The position numbers were made by a program, and so were the translations under genes. From Promethearchaeum syntrophicum (GTDB lineage: Archaea > Asgardarchaeota > Lokiarchaeia > Sigyniarchaeales > Promethearchaeaceae): a DNA stretch of 32,000 bases. The notes under the pieces were generated by a model. The model was not told where the DNA came from. It saw nothing but the letters and a program-made list of their open reading frames with translations, and did no database searches. The stretch lies in NCBI RefSeq assembly GCF_008000775.2, contig NZ_CP042905.2, positions 810,001 to 842,000 of the forward strand. The letters run 5' to 3'. Below are positions 9,249 through 18,636 of this stretch, one piece after another; the stretch's first letter is position 1, and each line of letters begins with the position of its first letter.

Positions 9249-11138
9249 ATGGCTAAACTCTATCACTCTCCGCCAGCACTCCTACCTAAGGGTACTAGGA
9301 AATACGTTGAGTTAGCTGGTTCTAAGAGTTTTTTAGCCATAGATGAAGAAAAAGATTTTATAAATGTAAGAAATATCTTTGATGAGCTCTCTTTAGGGGA
9401 ATATTGGCGAGATACAAAGATTTCTTCCCAAATAGAAAAATTAACTATAAAACATGAAGATGCAGAAGCACTTTATGATTCAAATATTTTAGTCGAAAGA
9501 ATTATCTCAACTTTGGATGACATTATGTCCAAAGGGCTTATTTTTCTTGGCATTGCGAGTTTCGAGGGAAATGCTTTTGAAACAAGTGTTTTTGACGAAA
9601 TGGATTTAGCTTGGGAAGATCAAGAAACTTTAATGAATTTATATAATAAAAGTAGGATGCAAGAAGTTTTTCCAGATGTAAGGAAAGGATTAGTAGATTC
9701 AAATGAATATGTCGAATGTAACTGGTTTGGAACAGCTTCTAAGTATTTTACTTTACCAGGAAAAAAAAATTTGAACGAAATTGCAGCAATGCTATATCCT
9801 TACAGCGGAAATGTATCTGGAATTGTAGCTGTTGCTCAAGGAGCAGCAAATTTTATAATTTTAACTGATTCATTTTTGAAATCAAACTCAACCGATACTG
9901 GAGAAATTAGAATTGATATAGATAATTTAAATCAAATGTTTCATCTTGTTGAAAAAGGAGTTTTAGCTACTCCAATATCATGGTTCAAAATAGATTTTGG
10001 TTTAAAATCTTTAGAGGTTTTAACAGGATGGGACGAAATAAAAGATTTGGAGCAAATTAAAAAAGTACAAGATAGATATTTAGAATATCATAAAAACTTG
10101 ATAAAACAAAAGAAGAAAACAATTGAAAATATTTTAGATGAGGATTTAGGAAGAATAATAGATATAAGTTGTATGACAGAAGAAGAGATTGAGAGCGACT
10201 TGAGTGAATGTATGGCCACATTAAATACTCTGAATGAAATGCAATTATCAAGTCAAGAAATAAGTCTACTCTATAAACCTCCAAAAGTACTATTTTCCTA
10301 TGGAGATTTAAAAAGAGCTGCAATTTTTGGTGCAATGTCTTTACTTTCCATTGATATTGGCTCAAATATATTATGTGTTGCCGATTTAAGGATGAATTTA
10401 TCTTGGGGTGAATACGTATATGATGAATTTTACAAAAAAATTGATGATGATTCTTTTCTAAATTTAGAAGGTGATAAAGATTTCATTGAACTTGAAAACC
10501 CTTTGCAATTACGAGATATTTATAGTAAATCTTTCCAGGATATCATGCATGGGGGAGAAATTTTCTTAGGCCTATTAGAATTAGAATCAAATGCATTTGA
10601 ATTCAGTCTTTTTCAAGAATTAGATATCGGAGAACAAGATTTAGAAACTCTTCAACAATTTTATCAAGATAAATCTGAAGTAAAACTTCCATCTTTAAAA
10701 GATGGCCATGTTCAGATTCGATGGTTTGGTGATGGAAAAGAATATTTCACTTTTATAAATCATGATTGTATCGGAATATATGATTTGGCTGACATTATTT
10801 GCTCAGATCCTGCATATGATAATAAATATGCTACAGGAATTGTATGTTTTGATTCAGATTCAACATATTTTTTTATTTTAAATAATAATTTCAAAAAAAA
10901 TTCAAATGTGATTGATGAAGAAGCCTTGGAAATAATGTATCACAAATTACTAAAATCCGATATGGCGCCTTTGTGTTGGTTTAAAATAACTTTAGGATTG
11001 GAAAGTTTGAAAAAACATGCGTTTTGGAAGCAAGCTTCTCAATTTTCTACTTTAGGAATAATTCTTCAGAACTATAAGAAATATTTAATGGGACTAACTA
11101 TCATTAAAGAGAAAGAAAAGAAATACCGAATTTATTAA
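9249..11138 (+). CDS. Uncharacterised protein with two tandem copies of an approximately 280-aa domain (paralog of 11171-13510)
   Basis: Internal duplication: GLIFLGIASFEGNAFETSVFDEMDL vs GEIFLGLLELESNAFEFSLFQELDI; ISWFKIDFGLKSLEVLTGW vs LCWFKITLGLESLKKHAFW. Confidence 0.85.
   Translation: MAKLYHSPPALLPKGTRKYVELAGSKSFLAIDEEKDFINVRNIFDELSLGEYWRDTKISSQIEKLTIKHEDAEALYDSNILVERIISTLDDIMSKGLIFLGIASFEGNAFETSVFDEMDLAWEDQETLMNLYNKSRMQEVFPDVRKGLVDSNEYVECNWFGTASKYFTLPGKKNLNEIAAMLYPYSGNVSGIVAVAQGAANFIILTDSFLKSNSTDTGEIRIDIDNLNQMFHLVEKGVLATPISWFKIDFGLKSLEVLTGWDEIKDLEQIKKVQDRYLEYHKNLIKQKKKTIENILDEDLGRIIDISCMTEEEIESDLSECMATLNTLNEMQLSSQEISLLYKPPKVLFSYGDLKRAAIFGAMSLLSIDIGSNILCVADLRMNLSWGEYVYDEFYKKIDDDSFLNLEGDKDFIELENPLQLRDIYSKSFQDIMHGGEIFLGLLELESNAFEFSLFQELDIGEQDLETLQQFYQDKSEVKLPSLKDGHVQIRWFGDGKEYFTFINHDCIGIYDLADIICSDPAYDNKYATGIVCFDSDSTYFFILNNNFKKNSNVIDEEALEIMYHKLLKSDMAPLCWFKITLGLESLKKHAFWKQASQFSTLGIILQNYKKYLMGLTIIKEKEKKYRIY
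9261..10103 (+). other. Domain copy A1 of the novel repeat family
   Basis: YHSPPALLP...GLIFLGIASFEGNAFET...GIVAVAQGAANFIILTDSF...ISWFKIDFGLKSL. Confidence 0.75.
10272..11103 (+). other. Domain copy A2 of the novel repeat family
   Basis: YKPPKVLFSYG...GEIFLGLLELESNAFEF...GIVCFDSDSTYFFILNNNF...LCWFKITLGLESL. Confidence 0.75.
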
Positions 11139-11170
11139 ATTAACTCATTCCAATTAAAGGATGAAACAAA

Positions 11171-13510
11171 ATGAAAATTTACTTCCCTACTCCATTGATA
11201 TTTGCTGAATCTGATCCATCAGAATTGCTTAAATATGCACACTCTATTGGAATGATTGCACTAAATAATGATAAAGAACTTGTAATGGTTAGAGAAATCT
11301 ATTATCCATCAATTTGGAATTCATTTTATTCTCAAATAAAGACTATAAACATAAGTAAGATTAATATAAAGAAAAATCCGATTGAAGATCCATCAAGTAT
11401 TTCAATGATAGGAGATGAAATTGAAAAAGGGTTAAGATATATTATTTCAAAAGGCTATATTTTTCTGGGATTACTGTATTTTGATTCAGAAGTTCTCGAT
11501 CCGCAAATATGTGAAGAACATAGCTGGTTTAGAAAAAGGGATCTCGCTTTTAAAAATATGCTATCAAAATATCAAATTAGGGGGATTTCTCCAAAATTAA
11601 ATGGAAATTATATTGAATCAGGTTTTATCGGTCGTGGTGAAGATTTTTTTAAATTTAAAGATCGAAATTTCCAACAAATTTCTCAATCAACAACAATATT
11701 TCGAGGTTCTATGAATGGAATAGCAGGATTATATCAAGATCACCTCCAATTCACTATTCTCTCACAAAATATTACTCAAGGGAAGGAAATTCCCGAGTTA
11801 ATATTCGATAAAATTGGTAAACAAACCTTAGAGAGGCTAGTCAAAACAAAAAAATTCTTCCCTGCATTAGGATTTCGATTCGATTATGGAATTGATTCTT
11901 TTAAACAGCTTCCCAATAATATTTGGAGTTCCATAGAATTAATACCAAAATACTCGAATAATATTAAAAAATTCTTATCTTACTTAAAATCTCAAATTCA
12001 AAATATTAAATCCCCATTTCCATTAATAGATCTTGAATCTCCGTTCGACATCGATAAGTTAAATACAGAAATTGAAGAAAAACCAACTTTATCAGTTGAT
12101 GATCTCCTAAAAGGTCCAAAACTAGTTAAATCTACAGAAAAGATTGCACTAAAAAAACCGATAATTAAACCAGCACCTATGAAACTACATAAAGTTGATC
12201 TTCCCACTCCAATTATTGAACAACAAGATGAAATTGAAAAAAAACCTCAAATCAACATTATAAAACCACCCGTTCCCAAAGTTCCTCTAAAGCTAATTGA
12301 AGAAATTTCTGATGAAGAAATTTCTACTCCAGAAAAATATGAAGATATTTTCAATAAACCTTCTGTTGAAATTTTTGAAAAAAAAGATGAAATGATTATT
12401 GATGGTGAAATTTCGAAAGATATCTTGCGAAATGCTACAGATTTTATAGAAAGTGATTTCGGATCACCGATTGATCCTTTAAATATGAACGAAGATACTA
12501 TTACCAACGATCTATTGGCTTCACTTAATGCTATGTCTGAACTTGATAAATTAGCTCAGAAAGATGAAGCAATAAGTCGAATATTCTACCCTCCGCGAGC
12601 ATTATTCTCCTATTCTAATAAGGAAGGTATGGAAATTGGGGGATGTACGGTACTAGTTAGTATGGGAGTTGGGAGAGAAATAAGTATGCTAACCGAATTT
12701 GCAAAGGATCAGACTTGGGCAGTTTTTGATAATGAAATAGACGAAGGAAATCCTCAAATCAAATTTATTATTCCAAAAGAAGGGACATTTATTGATGAAC
12801 CAGAAGACCTGGAACGAATTATCCATAATGGATTTATTAATATAAAAAGAAATAATCATGTTTTTCTCGGAATTTGCGAAATAAACGGTAATGGATTCGA
12901 AACAAACAGTTTTGAAACTGAGTTAGAAATGAAAACTGAAGATTTGATAAAGCTAAATGAAATTTATTTAGATAGAATTAAAACAATAACCTATCCTCCC
13001 TTAGTTGAAGATAAATGGATAGAGATTCATTATATTGGAAACGAAAAAACGATTGAATTTCTCACCAATCCAAGTTCAGTAGGAATTCTAGATATAGCTT
13101 ATGATACTATCAACGATATGCGATATTCAAAAGGTAAACTAAGCGGAATTATTTGTGTTGATGAGGAAGCTGCATATTTTTTTATTTTAACTACAAATTT
13201 CGATAATTTATCGACAGAAAATCCCAATAATTCAATTGATTATGAAAATCTTTCAAAAATGTACGAATTAATTGAAGCAAGTAAAGACACAACTAAATTA
13301 ACTCCTGTTTCATGGTGTCAAATTGGATTTGGATTTCAAGCATTTCAAAATGTACCCTTATGGTTTGATGTTAAAGATGGATCCATTATGGAAATTGTAA
13401 AAGAGAATTACAATAAGTATATTAAAGGGATTTTAAATACTAAAGAACGTGAAGATGAATTAAGAATAAAAATTGAATCCGAATTTCCAGATATTAACAA
13501 AAAAGAATAA
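11171..13510 (+). CDS. Uncharacterised two-domain paralog of 9249-11138 with a long Pro/Lys/Glu-rich linker
   Basis: Same domain pair as the upstream gene: YIFLGLLYFDSEVLD... and HVFLGICEINGNGFETNSFETELEM..., VSWCQIGFGFQAF. Linker EKPTLSVDDLL...KPIIKPAPMKLHKVDLPTPIIEQQDEIEKKPQINIIKPPVPKVPLKL. Confidence 0.85.
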   Translation: MKIYFPTPLIFAESDPSELLKYAHSIGMIALNNDKELVMVREIYYPSIWNSFYSQIKTINISKINIKKNPIEDPSSISMIGDEIEKGLRYIISKGYIFLGLLYFDSEVLDPQICEEHSWFRKRDLAFKNMLSKYQIRGISPKLNGNYIESGFIGRGEDFFKFKDRNFQQISQSTTIFRGSMNGIAGLYQDHLQFTILSQNITQGKEIPELIFDKIGKQTLERLVKTKKFFPALGFRFDYGIDSFKQLPNNIWSSIELIPKYSNNIKKFLSYLKSQIQNIKSPFPLIDLESPFDIDKLNTEIEEKPTLSVDDLLKGPKLVKSTEKIALKKPIIKPAPMKLHKVDLPTPIIEQQDEIEKKPQINIIKPPVPKVPLKLIEEISDEEISTPEKYEDIFNKPSVEIFEKKDEMIIDGEISKDILRNATDFIESDFGSPIDPLNMNEDTITNDLLASLNAMSELDKLAQKDEAISRIFYPPRALFSYSNKEGMEIGGCTVLVSMGVGREISMLTEFAKDQTWAVFDNEIDEGNPQIKFIIPKEGTFIDEPEDLERIIHNGFINIKRNNHVFLGICEINGNGFETNSFETELEMKTEDLIKLNEIYLDRIKTITYPPLVEDKWIEIHYIGNEKTIEFLTNPSSVGILDIAYDTINDMRYSKGKLSGIICVDEEAAYFFILTTNFDNLSTENPNNSIDYENLSKMYELIEASKDTTKLTPVSWCQIGFGFQAFQNVPLWFDVKDGSIMEIVKENYNKYIKGILNTKEREDELRIKIESEFPDINKKE
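11180..12001 (+). other. Domain copy B1 of the novel repeat family (most divergent copy)
   Basis: YFPTPLIFAES...GYIFLGLLYFDSEVLD...AGLYQDHLQFTILSQNI...ALGFRFDYGIDSF. Confidence 0.6.
12588..13440 (+). other. Domain copy B2 of the novel repeat family
   Basis: YPPRALFSYSN...NHVFLGICEINGNGFET...GIICVDEEAAYFFILTTNF...VSWCQIGFGFQAF. Confidence 0.75.
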
Positions 13511-13515
13511 AAAAT

Positions 13516-14016
13516 TTATTTTTTTCCAGTAGATCCAAATCCTCCTAATGATCTTTTTGAATTAGATAACTCTTCAACTGTTTCGAATTCATAATCTACT
13601 AATTTTCGTATTATGAATTGACATATTTTATCTCCTCTATTAAGAGTAATTACTTTCTTTGAGAGATTTACCACTATAGCCCCCCATTCATTTCTATAAC
13701 CTGCGTCTATTGTTCCTGGACTATTAACGATTGATAATCCTTCCCATAAAGCAAGACCACTTCTGGGGACTACAGCTCCATAATAGCCTTTCGGGATTTC
13801 GGATGCAAACCCTAAGGTGCATAAAATGCGGTCTAAAGATTGAAGGTCAACAGTATTTGAATCAATTTCCTCTAATTTTTTATTATCTAAAATTCTTTTA
13901 AATCCATTAATAAAGCAATCTGCTCCAGCATCTCCGTTTTTAGGAAATTTTGGGATAATAGAATTATCTTTCCATTTTTTTATTCGTAATTTTAAGGGCA
14001 TGATATTTAATTCCAA
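13516..14016 (-). CDS. dut: dUTP diphosphatase-like protein (trimeric dUTPase fold)
   Basis: Motifs 1-5: GDAGADCF, VVPRSGLALWEGLSIVNSPGTIDAGYRNEWG, RGDKICQFII, RSLGGFGSTGKK. Confidence 0.88.
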   Translation of the reverse strand: MELNIMPLKLRIKKWKDNSIIPKFPKNGDAGADCFINGFKRILDNKKLEEIDSNTVDLQSLDRILCTLGFASEIPKGYYGAVVPRSGLALWEGLSIVNSPGTIDAGYRNEWGAIVVNLSKKVITLNRGDKICQFIIRKLVDYEFETVEELSNSKRSLGGFGSTGKK

Positions 14017-14077
14017 TCACAAATTTTTTTTAATTTTACTAATAATGGTAGAATATAAAATAAAAAATTGAGCGAAA

Positions 14078-14536
14078 ATGTCAGAAATTAAAATTGTGCG
14101 ATATGATCCTAGAAAGGATAAGGAAAGTCTTGAGGGACTAGTTAAAGATTTTGAATATAGAAGTATATATCCGATAGATATCCAAAAATTTTCAAGTGAG
14201 ATCGGGAATAGGGTTAAAGATTTAAAACTGCGAAACTCAATGATACTTGCTAAAATTGAAGAAAAAATAGTTGGGGCAGGGTTCTTTACAATCATGAATG
14301 ATTATTTAGGAAATTTACACTGTATCATTCATGATGTGGTTGTTAGAAAAGAAGATTCATTCAAAAGAGGAATAGAAGAATCTATTTTGCGTGAGTTATT
14401 CTCATATCTGAAAAAGACTATGAAAATTGATAATGTTGGGATATTTATACGGCGAAATGATTCTAATATCCAGAGTCTATTAATGAAACTTAAAATTAAA
14501 AAATCTGAATTAGATTATTATGAAGGTGAAATTTAA
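14078..14536 (+). CDS. GNAT-like N-acetyltransferase domain protein
   Basis: 152 aa. MILAKIEEKIVGAGFFTIM.. GNLHCIIHDVVVRKEDSFKRGIEESILRELFSYLKK, beta4/beta5-like layout with a degenerate acetyl-CoA loop. Confidence 0.6.
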   Translation: MSEIKIVRYDPRKDKESLEGLVKDFEYRSIYPIDIQKFSSEIGNRVKDLKLRNSMILAKIEEKIVGAGFFTIMNDYLGNLHCIIHDVVVRKEDSFKRGIEESILRELFSYLKKTMKIDNVGIFIRRNDSNIQSLLMKLKIKKSELDYYEGEI

Positions 14537-14549
14537 GAAACTTCACTCT

Positions 14550-14645
14550 TTATTTTGGTAGAATAATTCTTTTCAAATTGTCTCTATCTGGTTTTGGATA
14601 AAATACTTTTTCAATTTCTTCATCATTTTCTATTTCATTTGCCAT
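14550..14645 (-). CDS. Putative 31-aa small protein upstream of dut / downstream of the cysteine desulfurase
   Basis: Manual translation: MANEIENDEEIEKVFYPKPDRDNLKRIILPK*. It fills the gap between the GNAT stop (14536) and the cysteine desulfurase stop (14686). It is below the ORF-track length cutoff. Confidence 0.3.
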   Translation of the reverse strand: MANEIENDEEIEKVFYPKPDRDNLKRIILPK

Positions 14646-14685
14646 TATTACCTAAACAATAAAATATGCAATGTACAAGGTATAC

Positions 14686-15876
14686 TTATTTTCGAAGTTT
14701 TATTATGAATTTATTTAAGAATTCTAAAAGATCATCAATATTTTCTTGGCTGGTCCATCGTCCAATACTAAAACGCATTGAGCTTTCTGTTTCAGCTTTT
14801 GATCGTCCAATTCCAAGCAAAACACGCGATGGCTTAGTTTCTTCCGCATGACAAGCGGCTCCAACCGAGCATGCAATACCAATATTATCTAATTCAATCA
14901 TTAGATCATAAGCAAATATGCCCTCAAAACAAACATTAGCATTATTAGGTAATCGATTTTTTCTTGAGCCATTTAGTTTAGTATTTGGAATTTCATCCAA
15001 TATATGATCAATTAAATAATCGCGTAGTTTTATTAGTCTATTGTTTTCTTGTAGGAAATCATTCTTGGCTATTTCGATTGCTTTTGCCATACCGACTATG
15101 CCAGGTACATTTTCAGTTGCAGGTCTTAAGTTAAACTCTTGAGATCCTCCATACATAAGGGGGCGTAAATATTTTGACGCAGTGGATTCATTTTTATGAG
15201 CATCTGAATCATTCTTCACATATAAAAACCCTATTCCTTTTGGGCCGTAAAATTTATGAGCACTGACACTCAAAAGATCGATATTCTCTGATTTCACATT
15301 AATTGGAACTTTTGTAAATGCTTGAACTGCATCAGTATGAAACCAAACATCATGATTATGTGCGATTTCTCCAATTTCTTTAATTGGATTAACTGTTCCT
15401 ATCTCATTATTCGCATACATAATTGAAATTAAGGCAGTGTTTGGTTTTATTGCTTCTTCAACCGATCTTGGATTCACAAATCCTTCTTTATCAACAGGTA
15501 AACGAGTTACTTCAAACCCTTCCTTTTCTAAGAAATTTGCTGTTTCCCAAATAGCTGGATGTTCAATAGCATCAATTATCAAATGGGGTCTTGTGTTTGG
15601 CTGTAATTCTTTTTTTTTAAATAAAATCCCTTGTAATGCCATATTATTTGCTTCGGATCCTCCACTTGTAAAGATTATTTCAATTGGTTTAGCTCCAATA
15701 AAATTTGCGATTGTATTTCGGGCATTATCCAAGGCATTATGTGCATTCAATCCAAAATCATGAACAGATCCTGCATTTCCAAAATCATTTAGATAATATT
15801 GATTCATTATTTTTACTACTTCAGGATGTACCGGTGTTGTAGCGTTATAATCTAAATATATTGATTTTTTTGCCAT
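14686..15876 (-). CDS. Cysteine desulfurase (NifS/IscS family, class V PLP aminotransferase)
   Basis: YLDYNATTPVHPEV, FTSGGSEANNMALQG, HTDAVQAFTKVP, LSVSAHKFYGPKGIGFLYVK (PLP Lys), SVGAACHAEETKPSRVLLGIG (catalytic Cys loop), SMRFSIGRWT. Confidence 0.93.
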   Translation of the reverse strand: MAKKSIYLDYNATTPVHPEVVKIMNQYYLNDFGNAGSVHDFGLNAHNALDNARNTIANFIGAKPIEIIFTSGGSEANNMALQGILFKKKELQPNTRPHLIIDAIEHPAIWETANFLEKEGFEVTRLPVDKEGFVNPRSVEEAIKPNTALISIMYANNEIGTVNPIKEIGEIAHNHDVWFHTDAVQAFTKVPINVKSENIDLLSVSAHKFYGPKGIGFLYVKNDSDAHKNESTASKYLRPLMYGGSQEFNLRPATENVPGIVGMAKAIEIAKNDFLQENNRLIKLRDYLIDHILDEIPNTKLNGSRKNRLPNNANVCFEGIFAYDLMIELDNIGIACSVGAACHAEETKPSRVLLGIGRSKAETESSMRFSIGRWTSQENIDDLLEFLNKFIIKLRK

Positions 15877-15909
15877 TTTTTGATCAACCTTAAATTTTAA
15901 TATACTTTT

Positions 15910-17817
15910 CTACATTTCAGTTAAGACATCAATAGTTAGCAATCCTAATCCATGTTTAAGAACTCGTCGAATTGATTCGCATAAAAATAATCGTAATTTA
16001 CGTAATTTAGGTTTTTCTTTAATTATTGGACAAGAATGATAAAATCCTGTAAATTCTTGAGCAAGTTCATATAAATATCGCGCTAAAATATGAGGTTTCA
16101 TTTGATTTACTGAATTAGATATGATTTCTGGATATGAATAAAGTAATTCGATTAATTTAAACTCATGCTCATTTTCTAGTAAAGAAAGATTTTCTATATT
16201 CCCTTTTTCTGCAATTTTCTCTTTAATTGGGTTGTATGGGGTTTCAATGTTTTTTTCCATGGCTTTTTTGAATATTGAACAGATTCTTGCATATGAATAT
16301 AAGATGTAAGGTCCAGTTTCTCCCTCAAATTCCAAACTTTTCTTTGGATCAAATACAAAATCTCTAGAATAATCATATTTAATAATAAAAAATCGTAAAG
16401 ACGCTAATGCAATAACTAATGCTCTTTTTTCCATTTCATCTTTCGTTAGATTTGAATATCGCTTCTGAACTTCTTTCAATGCTAACAATTTTAATTCTTC
16501 AACGATGTCATCAGCATCTACAATAGTACCTTCTCTAGACTTCATTTTACCGCTCGTTAGGTTAATCATTCCATAACTATAATGGATATTTTCTGCTTTC
16601 ATACCTAATTTCTCTAGAATTTCAAATAAAACCCGTAATTGCATATCCTGTTCATTTCCGATTACATATATTGACTTAGTATAATTGAAATCCTCCATTT
16701 TTTGATATGCTAAGTGAAGATCTTGAGTAATATATAAACTTGTTCCATCTTTTCGGATTAAAACTTTCTGTTTTGGTAATTTTTTCTTGTGAAAATTAAT
16801 AATAACTGCTCCATCATCCAGTTTCTCAAAAATTCCTTCCTTAATTCCATTTTCTACAATTTTTTTTCCCTTATTGTAGATTTTACTTTCAAAATATGTT
16901 TTATCATGATGAATTTTAAATGTGTTAAAGGTTTGATTAAAGCCATTTTCGGCCCAATCATTCATTTTCCGCCATAAAATCCTTACGTTTTTATCTTCTT
17001 TTTCCCATGCAATAAGCATTTCTTTTAAATCGTTTTGGAGAATACCATATTTAGAACGATCAATATTTTTTCGTAATTCTTGAATTATAACAATATCTTG
17101 ATCCTCGGGGTTTTTTTTTAATTCATACTCCAATAAATTCATTTTATTTTGAACATATTTCTTCAAGCGGGATTCTTCTTGAGCAAATTTTATATAATAA
17201 TTACCTACAAAATGATCAGGTTTTATATTTTCACTTTCGGGAGTTTTATTTTCACCGAATTTATCATAAGCCCACATACTTTTACAAATATGAATTCCTC
17301 GATCATTGAATAGATTTACTTGAAAGACCTCATTGTTGGCACATTTATTAATTTTGGAGAGTGTTTGTCCTAATAACATATTTCTGATATGCCCCAGATG
17401 TAAGGGTTTGTTCGTATTGGGTGCTGGGTATTCTATTACAATTCTTTCTGGTTTTTTTTTTTTTTTTATAAAATTTGATGATGCATAAGAATTAACATCT
17501 TCAAAAATCTGTTTCAATACTTCCTTACCTATAATTTTTTTATTTAATTTAAAGTTTAGATAAGGGCCATCAATAAAAACTGCTTGAATAAAAGGATATT
17601 GATTTAGGAAAGTTAAAGATAATGATTTATGAATTTCTTGAGCAATTTCAAGACCACTTCGTTTAATATATTTTTTTAAAGCAAAACTATTAATTGCAAA
17701 ATCTGCCTCAATATTTTTATTTGCTTTTTTAATAATTTGTGTTAAATATTGAATTGAGATTGCCGAATCATCAAGAATTTCTGAAAGAACTTCTGCCAAT
17801 CTGATCTTGAAATCCAT
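15910..17817 (-). CDS. argS: Arginyl-tRNA synthetase
   Basis: EYPAPNTNKPLHLGHIRNMLLGQ (HIGH-type), NLTSGKMKSREGTIVDADDIV, LEFEGETGPYILYSYARICSI, C-terminal LAQEFTGFYHSCPI. Confidence 0.96.
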   Translation of the reverse strand: MDFKIRLAEVLSEILDDSAISIQYLTQIIKKANKNIEADFAINSFALKKYIKRSGLEIAQEIHKSLSLTFLNQYPFIQAVFIDGPYLNFKLNKKIIGKEVLKQIFEDVNSYASSNFIKKKKKPERIVIEYPAPNTNKPLHLGHIRNMLLGQTLSKINKCANNEVFQVNLFNDRGIHICKSMWAYDKFGENKTPESENIKPDHFVGNYYIKFAQEESRLKKYVQNKMNLLEYELKKNPEDQDIVIIQELRKNIDRSKYGILQNDLKEMLIAWEKEDKNVRILWRKMNDWAENGFNQTFNTFKIHHDKTYFESKIYNKGKKIVENGIKEGIFEKLDDGAVIINFHKKKLPKQKVLIRKDGTSLYITQDLHLAYQKMEDFNYTKSIYVIGNEQDMQLRVLFEILEKLGMKAENIHYSYGMINLTSGKMKSREGTIVDADDIVEELKLLALKEVQKRYSNLTKDEMEKRALVIALASLRFFIIKYDYSRDFVFDPKKSLEFEGETGPYILYSYARICSIFKKAMEKNIETPYNPIKEKIAEKGNIENLSLLENEHEFKLIELLYSYPEIISNSVNQMKPHILARYLYELAQEFTGFYHSCPIIKEKPKLRKLRLFLCESIRRVLKHGLGLLTIDVLTEM

Positions 17818-17885
17818 ATCTATTTATTATCACCAATTCAGAAAAATTTTTTTAATTTATTCATTCATTTTCATATATAGAAGAA

Positions 17886-18611
17886 GTGGATAAAAAAGTG
17901 GATAACTTAATAGAAATTGCTAAAAAAAAAGCCGGAATTGCTGCTGTAGATGAATTTGTTAAGGATGGAATGGTGCTGGGAATTGGTAGCGGATCAACTG
18001 TCGTATATGCTGTCAATCGCCTAATAGAACGAACGAAACAAGAAGGATTAAAGGTTGTTTGCATTCCAACCTCATTCCAATCTACCCAATTAATTGTAAA
18101 CGGGGGATTAACATTGGGTGATTTAAGTCAATTTCCTAAAATCGATGTGGATATTGATGGAGCAGATGAAGTTGATGAAAATCTAAATTTAATCAAAGGA
18201 GGTGGCGGATGTCTTCTTCAAGAAAAAATTGTTGCATTTAACTCTGAAAAATTAGTAATTGTTGCTGATTATAGAAAAAATTCAAAAATACTTGGAGAAA
18301 AATGGAAGAAAGGTATTCCAATTGAAGTTATTCCTCTGGCATATGTCCCTCTGATGAACCAGATGGAAAAATTAGGTGGCTCTCCATTCTTAAGATTAGC
18401 AGAAAAAAAAGCAGGACCGTTAATTACCGACAATGGAAATTTTATTTTAGATGTCGATTTTGGAGAGATTTCTGATCCTAAAAAGTTAAATCAAAAAATA
18501 AAAATGTTATCTGGGGTTGTTGAGACAGGATTATTTATTGGAATGGCTAACAAAGTCTACTTTGGTCAACAAGATGGAACTTTAGATCAAAAGATAAAAA
18601 AAACTATCTAG
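17886..18611 (+). CDS. rpiA: Ribose-5-phosphate isomerase A
   Basis: [75 protein letters not shown]. Confidence 0.96.
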   Translation: MDKKVDNLIEIAKKKAGIAAVDEFVKDGMVLGIGSGSTVVYAVNRLIERTKQEGLKVVCIPTSFQSTQLIVNGGLTLGDLSQFPKIDVDIDGADEVDENLNLIKGGGGCLLQEKIVAFNSEKLVIVADYRKNSKILGEKWKKGIPIEVIPLAYVPLMNQMEKLGGSPFLRLAEKKAGPLITDNGNFILDVDFGEISDPKKLNQKIKMLSGVVETGLFIGMANKVYFGQQDGTLDQKIKKTI

Positions 18612-18636
18612 AATTTTACTGTCGGCAATTATAATT

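Noticed and set aside
10057-10365. 102-aa minus-strand ORF with hydrophobic stretch
   Set aside because: Antisense to a repeat-domain protein with clear internal homology; apparent hydrophobicity comes from complemented acidic/Lys codons.
13516-14016. dCTP deaminase rather than dUTPase
   Set aside because: All five dUTPase motifs including RSLGGFGSTG are present, favouring dUTPase, although a biochemical test would be definitive.
14017-14295. 92-aa minus-strand ORF MIVKNPAPTIFSSILAS...
   Set aside because: Antisense to the GNAT-like CDS 14078-14536, which has better protein character. It has the low-complexity Ser/Phe/Ile composition typical of a shadow ORF.
15437-15763. 108-aa plus-strand ORF
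   Set aside because: Entirely antisense to the well-supported cysteine desulfurase.
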